This document shows positions 53,455 to 64,000 of a stretch of 64,000 nt of DNA, in pieces. The stretch lies in assembly GCA_053919585.1 (NCBI GenBank), contig CM132812.1. The stretch is one strand, 5' to 3'. The notes below the pieces were generated by a model. The model did no database searches, was not told the DNA's origin, and saw nothing but the letters and a program-made list of their open reading frames with translations. Both the position numbers and the translations under genes were made by a program. Position 1 is the first letter of the stretch. Every line of letters starts with the position of its first letter. The DNA is from Euprymna scolopes (taxonomy: Eukaryota).

Positions 53455-54841
53455 CAGGGGGGGCAAAATAAGGGTCCTATCTTTAAATTTAAATAACTTC
53501 CACAAAATAAAAGTTAAACTCACCAAACTTTATGTGTGTGTAGACTGACCGTTCCGAGATTTTTTGAAATAAACAAAACAAATTTTTGCTGAAAAACACT
53601 TCTTAAAACTTACAAAAACTAAAGTATTGTTTTTTACACTGTTTTGATTTTTTAAAGCAAAAATAATGTTTTCTAAATGGGCGCCGTTGGCGGCTTCACA
53701 CCTTTCGGCTCTTTTTAAAACATTTTCCATAACAGCCTGCAACATCTGAGGACTTAGGGTTCTTATTTCTGTTTCAATATTTGCTTTCAGTTCCTCAATA
53801 TTGTTTGGTTTATTGGCATAAACCATTTCTTTGAGGTAACCCCGTAAGAAGAAGTCATGAGCTGTAAGGTCGGGTGATCGTGGAGGCCATTGTATTTCGC
53901 AACTGCGAGAGATAATCTGATTTCCAAATATACCCTGTAAAAGTGGGAGGGTATCTCTCGCAGTGTGTGCTGTGGCTCCATCCTGTTGGAACCACATCCT
54001 GTCAGGTTTGGGGGCAACCCACGGTTGCAAGAAATTTTGCAGCATTTCTCGGTAGCGGTCACCCGTTACTGTTACCTGATTTCCGGCATCGTCTTCAAAG
54101 AAATAGGGGCCAATTATCTCTTCAGCAGTAACGCCACACCACACCGTGCACTTGAGTGGATGTAATGTGTGCTGCTGAATTATTCTTGGGTTCTCCGTAC
54201 TCCATATTCGGCAATTTTGCTTATTGATGAACCCATCAAGATGAAAATGGGCTTCATCCGACATTATTAGTTTTTTGAGAAAATCGGGATCATCATTGGC
54301 CAAATCCTGGAGTCGCATAGCGTACTCAAGTCTTTTTTCATTATCTCGAGGTTGAAGTTCTTGAACTAGCTGCACTTTATATGGAAAATATCCTCTTTCT
54401 CTTAGCATTCACCGAAGTGAGGTTCGAGAAATGCCAAGTTCTTTTGATCTCCTCCTTGTGGATGTGGATGCATCCTCCTCCAAACTTCTCTCCAATTCCT
54501 CGAAATTTTGAGCTTTTCGTACAGTAGGAGGCCTACTACTTCTCGCCATGTCGGATATTCCTTGTTGGTCCCTAAAACGAGCAATAATTCCTCGGATTGC
54601 TTTTGCCGAAGGAGATTTTCTGGTGTTGTAATGACGCCGATAGATGAGTTGAGTCTCCGAAATCGACTCATTGGATTTAAAGTACCACTCTATTATGAGG
54701 GTACGTTCCTTAGGGCTAATACGGCTCATGCTTGCTTCGGAAGGGGTCCTTTACTTATTCTGAAAAAATTTATTTAAAATAATCAATAAATAAAAAAGTT
54801 ATGAATTTTTAAAAATAGGAGCCTAATTTTTGCCCACCCTG
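53455..54841 (-). mobile_element. Tc1/mariner superfamily DNA transposon, DD41D (rosa/Visitor) family, near full length
   Basis: Imperfect ~45-bp TIRs: left TA|CAGGGGGGGCAAAATAAGGGTCCTATCTTTAAATTTAAATAACTT, right (rc) CAGGGTGGGCAAAAATTAGGCTCCTATTTTTAAAAATTCATAACTT. They enclose the transposase frame. The right flank is TG rather than TA. Confidence 0.93.
53530..54729 (-). pseudogene. DD41D transposase interrupted by one in-frame stop (TGA at 54409-54411)
   Basis: ORFs 54409-54729 and 53530-54408 are contiguous in the same frame (SLR*MLR). There is an N-terminal HTH region. Motifs are IMSDEAHF, WFQQDGATAHT and WPPRSPDLTAHDFFL, with 41 residues between the 2nd and 3rd Asp. Confidence 0.92.
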
Positions 54842-54851
54842 TGGGTGCGTT

Positions 54852-54940
<89 letters not shown>

Positions 54941-56263
54941 ATATATGCTTCCAAAACCATTGATTTTAATAACGCGATTAAAATTTAAACAAAAATACCA
55001 TAAAATAACCAAATGACTGCTCGTCTCTCCTGTTTCTTCCCTCCTGTTTATCTGCAAAGATAGTTAAACAGCATTTGTATTATATATTGAGCCGATGCAA
55101 CGCCGATAAAAATGTAGGCCGGCACACATGCAGATGTTAGATATTGATTTACATTATTTTGTCCCATAAAAATGATCGGAATTGTAATTATCACTGAAAA
55201 AAGAAAGGATTATATTCCATGCCGGGGAGTATATGCTGTACAACAGGAATTTAAAAAATTCAATGTAATATTTTATACATTTACATTTTGGGAATATCGG
55301 TTTATGTCCATATAAGGCAGTTTACATACACCACTAAAAGGGAGTGAAAGAGGGAGGGTACAACAGATGACTGAGTGGTCCAGTGTGATAGGCACACATA
55401 CACAAAAACCCATATATACAGCTAAACGCATTCTTTTATGTTTTGACTTCTCTTGTTTTTGTTTCGGTTTCTCCTTTTTTCGATGGACTGTAAGTGATTC
55501 TAAACAAACTTCCATATAGACGACTTCGTCTGTGTTTATTTTGACAAAAACGACAAGCGAATTTTCAGGCCCAATATTTTTACCTGTGTGGGATATTTAT
55601 TTCAACAGACTTATCTCTACTTTAATTTTTTTTCTCGTGAAATTATCAGAGACAAAGACGAATCAAAGGTGATAGATACTGTATTAAACAAGATCATAAT
55701 TCTCAAACAGCGTCGAGTGAAATGATAAATAAAACTGTACTTATGCATTTCATCAGGTAATTAATAAATGGGACTCATTGATATGGTTGTTTTACTTAAT
55801 CCCAAAAGCGTAAAATAGTTTTACATATACAAGCGTGTATTTTTTGTGTTGTAGAGCTACACCCTGCATTTAGTATAATTAAAAAGAATATATGATTACA
55901 TTATTACGGATTCACACGTTGATTAATTTGTATGGAATTAATATAAAATAATATAATCTGCTATAAAATAATAAGAGTAACGGGAAGTAGATTTTCTTGC
56001 AAAAACTTCCCTTTATGACTATAAACATGGGTGCTACATGAAATGGCATTATGGCAACAACTGAGAGCTGCTTCCGGAAATTAACAAATGGTTTCATTAG
56101 ATTTTAGAATTTTGAATCCGATATATATGTCTCTTACAAACCAATCACACTAACAATAAGGGGACATAAATTTCGCTCATTAAGAAACATCTACTACCAC
56201 TCTCCTATCATACACGTAGACTTTTACTTCATCGGCTACTTTTTCTTCCTACATCTGTCTGTA

Positions 56264-56353
56264 ATCATGTATACAAACTAGCATAGAAATTTAAGTATTT
56301 CTATAGAATGTAAACCGGACTGTTTCTTTAATCAGGATATTTCCCCAAAACGT
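56264..56353 (+). repeat. 90-bp direct repeat, copy 2
   Basis: Matches 51848-51937 with one mismatch. Confidence 0.92.
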
Positions 56354-56574
56354 GAGCCTAACGTAAGTTTTTGTACGTTTAAAAATATCCACATTAAGAT
56401 GTCACATTATAACATAGTTTACGTTTTTTTTTTAAATAAATCATGCATTTTTTTTAATATTAAACACAGGGATACGGCTGGAATAAGATCCTGCAAGTAT
56501 AAACAAACAACCTATTTCACTTTCATTTATCCATGGTACGTATTGAATATGGAACTTTTCTATTTCTGAAAAGT

Positions 56575-56920
56575 TGGAACAGAGCGCGTATGGTCGCATG
56601 TGAGACAATCAGCAGCAGACGAGGGGTGGCTGACTGGAGAAAGAGTAAGCACCAGCAGCTGTTTAAGCTCGCATGCAAATGAGCAAGTGTGTGCGAGCTT
56701 GCGCCCAAGAAAAGGAATAAAATACAATATGTGGTCGAGCGGACAAGCAAGTTTTGCCCTGGGCAAAATGGGCGCGTACAGTTGGGGCTAAGAAAGCGCT
56801 ATCCGGCGGCTTTCGTAAGGTGGCGAGAGGAAAATCTTTTAGAACGCACACGTGTGTATAAAACGAGCTTTGCTACATAATTATGTGCGTTGTTTTGGAG
56901 GATTCATGAATAAATGCATT
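56575..56920 (+). mobile_element. Diverged copy of the LTR-like family at 10604-11118
   Basis: Same motif blocks in the same order; termini not clearly retained. Confidence 0.5.
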
Positions 56921-57745
56921 TCATTTACACTTAAAAATTGGGGTTGAATCGAATTTTTACTATTTTCTGTTTATATTTTTGTGTTTCTTCTTGTGGCGTT
57001 AAAAAGGCACTAGTGCGTACAATAACATCAAACAAGATTTACAAAAAAGCCACAGCATGAGTTAAAAACGAAAAAAAGAAAAGAGAATTTTTACATAATA
57101 TTATCAAACGACTTAGTATATATCGTTGTCTGCTTCAACAGAATCGACAAAATATTTTCGAATTGAAATCAGAATAAAACCGTCCATAATTTTCTATTCT
57201 TCTATAAAAATAACAAGAAACGGTTTTGGTTAAATGTGTAGGCTAAATGAAAATACGAATACGTTTTCGATACTACCAGTAAATATTTAACTGTAACTCA
57301 GCCAGATGTTATTCGACCACCAAGGTGTCATCTCCGCTACCTAGAGACGGTTAATCAACACCTATGAAGGTAATACTGAAAACCTATTTTTCTCCTCCTC
57401 TCCCCCTCTTCCTCAGATTTGTTTTACTGCGATAACAACTACAATAGTGATACTGCTTCTCCTACTACTACTGTGATATTATTGATGTCTCAAGAAAATA
57501 TGAAAAGCATTTAAAAAAGAGAAAATAAGTTGATCAGCGGAGTGAACTTTGTAAAGGAAAGGAAAGAAAGGGGGCAAAAATGTATATTGTCTGCAAAGAA
57601 CTGCTGAACTACAGGTGTAAATCAAAAGTTGAACTTACAATGTAATGTTCTTATTCGTATTGAACTATGTAATACACTATTCGTTTCTGAGAAATCGTTT
57701 GTACTTATGAACTTATCTCATCTGGTCACTTCCCTATTTAAAATA

Positions 57746-58170
57746 CAGGATGTACAAAAAGAAACTGAAGGTTTTTAAATTTAAATAAATATTTTTTGAG
57801 GATATATTTTTATCATTTTAACAAAATAATAGTAAGACAATTGAAAATATTTTGGAGAAAAATGCCCTATTCAAAGAATTTTTCATGAAAAGTAATATAT
57901 TTCAAATGCTTCCCATTGTTAACTTCGCATATTTGTGCTCATTTCTAACCATTATTCATGGCAGATTGCAGAATCTCTGGATTGCAATTTACCTCCCTTA
58001 TTTCGTTCCTGATGTTTTCCATCAATTCTCGAAGGGTTTCAGGTTTGTTAACATTGTGTTTTGACTTTGTCAATCTCTTGCATGAAAATGCTGTCGATAA
58101 GTTCTTTCAGTTAAAGCAATATTCACCTTATTTTGAGAAACAATTCTTCAACTTGCGTACGTGGTTGAAT
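57746..58170 (-). mobile_element. Old internally deleted DD41D-like fragment with one TIR
   Basis: TA|CAGGATGTACAAAAAG end; decayed NKPETLRELMENIRNEIRE...AQICEVNNGKHL. Confidence 0.55.
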
Positions 58171-58442
58171 GCTATCCTTATCCAGAATTAATTTCCCCCA
58201 ACGAAGCTTTGTTCATGAAATCTACATTGCGATTTAGTGATATATATATATATATATATATATAGAGTGGTAGAAAGTGCTGATAGTGATTGTAGCTAGT
58301 CGGGAGTTTTTCATGGAATGTTAACAACAGGATATCATAGAATGAAGCTCAGACAAGTATTGCTATGAAAATAACGAAATTGAAATTATCATATACACCC
58401 TGGCTACTCAAGTATAGGCGAAGGTATGTTTTTCTATATCAA

Positions 58443-58891
58443 CTAGCCTGGGTGCCCGGCGTATCCCGGGCGTTTTGAGGTGTGTATGGAGCAAAGATAA
58501 AAAAGTGGTAGTAGGCAGGCAGGCTCGAACCCTTTCTGCGAAGGAAGAAAAGATCGTGAAACAAAAAACGTAGTTGCTGTTGCGTCCATCGCCAAATCGC
58601 ACTAATGTTTAAATTAAGGTTAGTCAATTAAAAAGAGGGGATGACTTTTGAAAATATTGGCAAAAAAATCACGCCTCCCTGCAAAAATATGCCCAGCTTT
58701 GGGTGATAGAATTAATGTTTTTATTCAATTCCTCGATATTTGTCGTACGAATGGTCACGCTTCAAAAGAATACCGATGACGTGAAAATCCGTCGCCTTTG
58801 TTAAAAGTTTTAGGCAAACATAAAAAGATGCATACATAAATACATACATAAATGCAATTAAACACACAGGTTAGATTTATTATATAGAAGA
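58443..58891 (-). mobile_element. Non-autonomous Helitron, apparently complete
   Basis: The - strand reads A|TCTTCTATATAATAAATC...CCCGGGATACGCCGGGCACCCAGGCTAG|T: 5' TC, subterminal hairpin, 3' CTAG and an A/T insertion site with no TSD. Confidence 0.78.
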
Positions 58892-60126
58892 TGATCGTCC
58901 AGAGAACATTTAAAAAGATTTACATCTGTGGTGTTAATATATTTCGTGGGTTCTTTCTCAACAATTTTTCTTGGATCAATTGGAATCTGCAAATAAACTC
59001 GAAGCTGACCTTAACTCAGTTGTAGATTGAGAGTACGAAACAGATTTAATTGATGGTGTTAAGAGTTAACCTGTGTCTTTCAATTGTTGGAGGACATAAA
59101 AGTGGTGTGCTAACACGGTTGATTCATTTGAATACTCGTTCCTGAGTGTGTATTCAACTAGTATTCTATTATTTTACCATGTCTTATTGTTCTCTAAACT
59201 AATACGCAACGACTTCAGCTGCATTAGAACACGTAATTTAAATTGTAATTGAAATTCGCAGCTGAGTTGTTGTAGTTGTACAGCTGCCAAGTGTAAAGCC
59301 ACGTGCCTACAGGTGTATGGCTTGACGACACATCTCCTTTTATTTGACACAGCATTCTCTTTTCGATAAGTATTTGTAGATTTGTCAGTATTATTAACGG
59401 ACATATTATGTAGTACGATGCCAAGTTTAATAGAAACTGCAGATAATTGAAACATTTGCCAACATGTTCTTGTCTTGTAACCTATCTTTGTTCTTCTTCG
59501 TTTCGACCTGGCCAAGTTGTGATCGCTCATCATTAATGCATGCGAGCATTAGATGTTGCTCTAAGTGTTTTGTTAGTGCCGTTTTATCAACCCACCTAGG
59601 TTGAGTATCGTGTCGGTTTTAGAGTTGGTATCTATCCTTCTAACTTATATCCCCCCTCTTTCTCTCCCTTTGTGTCCTATCTTTCTCTCTATTACACACT
59701 TCTCCGTTGGTTATTAAAAGTCGAAAATTATCAGCACAGGAAACTGTTTTATGAATTAAGGAGATATTAATGATAGATATCATTTTTAATTGCTGCGTCA
59801 TTATTTTATACATTATCTATTACTCCAACTTCTGTCACGCTACATGTTTTTTTCACTTTCTTTTTTTCCTATTTACAGTCGAATTACATAAATATAGAAA
59901 AAGTAAAAATTATTCTAATAAAAATTCTATGGAATAATATCAACACCAATTGTATTTAATTCGTACTTACCGATTTTAATGAAATTAACCATTATAAAAG
60001 TATCTTTCTCACTTTATCTCTCTATTCCTCTCTCTCCCTTTCTCTTTATATATATATATATATATCGAGCCAGAGATGTCTCGTGTCGCGGGGTTCGAAT
60101 CGTTTGACTGGTAGTAATCGTGACAC

Positions 60127-60173
60127 CCTGCACTGAAGAATCCCGAAAAGGATGAAACACTAGTGTCTGTAGG
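60127..60173 (+). ncRNA. Type I hammerhead ribozyme (Penelope/retrozyme type)
   Basis: Stem I CCTGCA/TGTAGG; core CTGAAGA; stem II ATCC/GGAT with loop CGAAAA; GAAA; stem III within the palindrome ACACTAGTGT; GTC cleavage triplet. All core nucleotides match the consensus. Confidence 0.85.
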
Positions 60174-60197
60174 TATTTAATTATTATAGTAAAAAAA

Positions 60198-60244
<47 letters not shown>

Positions 60245-60639
60245 TACTTTCAATAAGTGTTCAGACAGTTTTTGTTCAGTAGTACAAATTGTCGTGAACT
60301 CTTGGAAAATCAGTATGTTATTGCTTATGCGATGACTGACAATATGTTATGATTGCAGGTTCAAATTAACTGCTACAGCAAGAATTAAAATACTTCGAAG
60401 GAGGCTAACATTTCACGGGTGTACGATCAATACAAGTACATATACAAAAAACGATTTAAACATTGAAGAAACCACGTATGTGTATGTATGTATGTATGTA
60501 TGTATGTATATATATATATATATATATATAATACAACACATATATGTATGTGTGTGTGTGTCGAAGTATAATATTATTCCCAGTCCTTACTTCACATTGG
60601 ACATTCATAGATTGGACATTGTTAATGCACTTTACTTAG

Positions 60640-61417
60640 TGGAAGGTCGATTAAAGAGAACCACACTGCAGCTCTATTTTTAAGCTTTTATTGAAAAAAT
60701 CCATTCAGGTGAATTGATTCAGGTCAGTTGATAATTGAACTGGGAGGCTAGCTTTTTCACAAACGCCGACGGGAGCTCGGGTGGATACTCGGTTGATGGC
60801 AGTGATTAGGCTAGCTTCGTGTTGTGGGGTGTCACGATGGTGGTGTTCCCAACGTATGACCAAACAACAGTACTCCAGCGGGTTCAGATCGGGGGAAAGT
60901 AAGGGTCAGTGAGAGAAGGATACTTCTGAATTGTGGGCCGGTACCGAGTCCTATTATTCATGCAAGGATCTACCAGCGTCCACCTGATTGCACCAGGGAA
61001 TAACCACACTATTTATCACAACCAGGTACACTTTGATGTTGACTTAGAAGCCGACTTCGAAAAGGTGAGTTGGCATGATGTGCCCGCTCTTGAAACCACA
61101 CAAGCACATAACCGTGGCCGGAAACTTCGTGACCTGTGCCGACAAGCGTTGAACCATCACGATTTGCATGTTGAGTCTGTTTGCAATCGTTCTTGGATCA
61201 GTAGGGAGCATGAGTTTTAAAGCTACGGATCTCCGATCCGGCTCGTTGAACATTGTGTCATTTTCAGAAATGATAGAAGACTCCTATCGCTATTTTGATT
61301 TGTACACAACTCGGCAACTAGTAGCTGGTCTGCAATAAAAAAAGAAAAACGTTTTTTTTATCAAACAATGGATTCATGTAATCTTTTATAGGGCGGCAAT
61401 TTTATCGTTCCACTCTG
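60640..61417 (-). mobile_element. Internally deleted maT/DD37D-like element
   Basis: TIR (rc) TA|CAGAGTGGAACGATAAAATTGCCGCCCTA; decayed VMCLCGFKSGHIMPTHLFEVG and SPDLNPLEY motifs. Confidence 0.65.
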
Positions 61418-61489
61418 TAATATGCTGTATCTATCCGCTCCAGTTTTACATGGCATCACTCGATTTTTTCTGTTTTGAAATGATCCCAA

Positions 61490-62400
61490 AAGCGAAATCA
61501 GAACTAAAACACATTTGAGGGGAGGATAACAAAAATGGGTGCTATCTGTTATCTTCAAATGTGATCGTGGGATCTGCGTTGGTACCGGTCGTTTATAAAA
61601 TGAAACTCTATCAAAAACTTCTACTAGGGGTTTAAAACTACATTCATTAGAATATTAGGATGAGCATGTTTCAGTTTAAACATAGGTGGCACAACAATAT
61701 TATGGGATGTGCGTTCGCACCGAACGGTCTATATTATGAAAATCTCTCATTAACAATTATAATAAGATATTTCTGAAATTGCATTAAAAACAATTTAATA
61801 TAAGGCAGCATCTTTTGATAATAGGCCCTTTGCAAATATTAAGCACTTAAAATCATTTGATGTCAGCTTGGCTAGTTTAAAATCAGTACAAAATTTGTTC
61901 ACCTTTTCTTAAAACGTTAGAACCTCTTGCTGCTGGTTCAGGCATTTCCAATGTTGAACAAGGTCTGAATAGTTCCTATAGAAACATAATAGTCTCTGAA
62001 AATTCGAAGTCATGGATTTTCCTCGCTAATATGAAGTCAACGAATCGTCTATGTTCGGTAGTTCCCAGTTTTCTTTATAGTTGAGTACCTTTTTTACACT
62101 GGGCTATTGTACATCATCAACGTTTAAAATATATTCATAGCGTCCGTAAAAGGCGGCGAATGGTTTGTCGTTTTTTGGTACTTATTCAAATGTTGTAATC
62201 GAGTTGTAGAGTGTACTCTGTCAAAAGGTCGTAACTTTTTCAGCGTTTTGGAACCGTTTAATGAATTTACAAGTAAGTCTGCAAGTTGTTTTTGCTGTAG
62301 TTCTGTTTTGTGAGATGAAAGTAGTTGGAATTCTAATTGCTTAATATGTAACTCCAGAAACATTTGTCGTTATCTTCCCTCTGTTTTTGGTTGATGATTC
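61490..62400 (-). mobile_element. Possible decayed Penelope-like ORF remnant
   Basis: Leu/Lys/Gln-rich N-terminal-like ORF 62124-62363 followed by ITDSTHFC (IKDSTHF-like). Confidence 0.33.
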
Positions 62401-63659
62401 ATGTGGACATTAAACATTTGAATGACTATTTTATGAAAATCTTCCATATTTAGATTGGAAAAAATATGACAGCTGTTTTACAATGATGAACAACACACAG
62501 ATAACTAAAAAGTTGACAGGGATTACGGTCGCTTTGAAGACCCGTGTACAAACGGTATGCCAGTAAATTTTGACAGTTTTACTTTTTTTTTCGAAAAGTA
62601 ACATTAGCGTGTTTTTTTTTTTTTTAAAGAAAACAGATAGAAAATCTGTTATACTTTTCTTCTTACTTGTTTAGCTATTTTGAGGAACCATTTATTTTAA
62701 TGTAGTCATTTATAATTTTCCACACTTAATATTTTATTTTTTGTAATAAACATTTTTTCTTTTGAACTGTAGTCAGGGGAGAAAAGAAATCTAATCCTTC
62801 GGACAGAATCAAAACAAAATACACAGACAAATTTTTAAAACTAAAAAATTGTAAAAATGTAAAAGATTAATAAATAAAAACAAATAAGTAAAAACTGAGA
62901 CGGCTTTATGTATAAGCATATGTGCGTATGAATGTGAATTGGTCCTTCCATGTCTTGTGACATGTATAAGCATGTGTAAGCATTATTACAACCCCTTCCT
63001 TATAACTTACTATTCCCCGCACCCCTTAACCAGTGTGCATTTGTTGACAACTTAATTTAAACGCTAATACACTTATCATATTTTGTAACCCCCCCCTCCC
63101 TTACCGAAATGTAATGTAAATATACTGGCCCCTTATGTATCTCTCATGCCTTTCCCTTCTCTTTTCTGTTTTTTCATTTCCTTTTCTTCTTTCTTTCTTC
63201 TATCCTCTTTTTCCTCTTATTATTTAATTTTGGCATCCCCTTTCCCCACACCGCCATCTATTTTTAACTGTTAAATGTCACTTGGTATCACTCCTCCCAC
63301 TACAAGTTAACGTTTTTAATATGTTTCACTTCTTTATTTTAGGGCAAGATGCTCAGAATAGCAGATATGGCCTTTATTTCTATCGCCTGATGTGAAAAGG
63401 GATTTTTTAAATATACCAATTGGTTCCGAAACATTAGTGTGCTTAGTATAGCGATTATGTAATACTTGCCTATATGAATAAAAATAATACATTTGGCTCC
63501 TATTTTTTATTGAACAATTAATAACCTAATTTTAATTCATGGGGTTTATATCCTGAATACACTTAACCTGGAATAGATGTGCATATATAAAGAGAGAGGG
63601 AGAGAGAATGAGAGAGAGAGAGAAAGAAAGAAAAATAATTAAGATTGCTACTTATTCTT

Positions 63660-63712
<53 letters not shown>

Positions 63713-64000
63713 CTATATTGTTTTACATTCTATACTGAGCCCCGCTTTATAAGAATGCTCAGTGTAGTAATAATAAAGATATAAAACAATAACATTGTTC
63801 ATCTAAATGGCTCATAAATTCATACATGAATGTACAGTAGATGATGAAACCGTTGTGACACAATGGTGTCGTTACCATTTATGGGAGCTGAGGGCTTCTA
63901 ACCTTGTGAACAACTAGTTTTGTACTTGCGGGGAATTCTACGCGTCTAATGCAGTTGTTGTGTTATTTTAAATATATTAGAATATACCAATCAGATATGA

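Noticed and set aside
54409-54411. Programmed read-through or selenocysteine at the transposase TGA
   Set aside because: A CpG-type nonsense mutation is far simpler, and no SECIS element was recognised.
59174-59533. Overlapping minus-strand ORFs as an exon or piggyBac C-terminus
   Set aside because: No recognisable motif set or clear splice signals.

Overview
This is eukaryotic (invertebrate-animal-like), very AT-rich, repeat-dominated draft-assembly sequence with five N-gaps. I found no prokaryotic features and no recognisable intact host gene. The only host-gene candidate is an unrecognised GC-elevated ORF or terminal exon at 8527-8835 (-). Almost everything interpretable derives from transposable elements. 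DNA transposons include a nearly intact DD41D (rosa/Visitor) Tc1/mariner element with one in-frame TGA (53455-54841), other Tc1, maT and mariner remnants and MITEs, and a head-to-tail array of non-autonomous Helitrons. Retroelements include a long decayed R4/Dong-clade non-LTR element with its 5' end apparently intact (37295-41456), four decayed Penelope-like remnants, a Gypsy gag/RT deletion derivative, solo LTRs and 5'-truncated APE-type LINE tails. A 1.32 kb near-identical tandem duplication is also present. The most interesting signals are RNA-level: a consensus-matching type I hammerhead ribozyme (60127-60173), a short hammerhead-bearing non-autonomous repeat family in inverted or rearranged copies (9105-9560, 27290-27940), a probable structured or pseudoknotted RNA at the R4 element 5' end, and a 5S rRNA-derived head that may mark a SINE3. 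All calls come from reading the sequence by eye, and boundaries of decayed elements are approximate.
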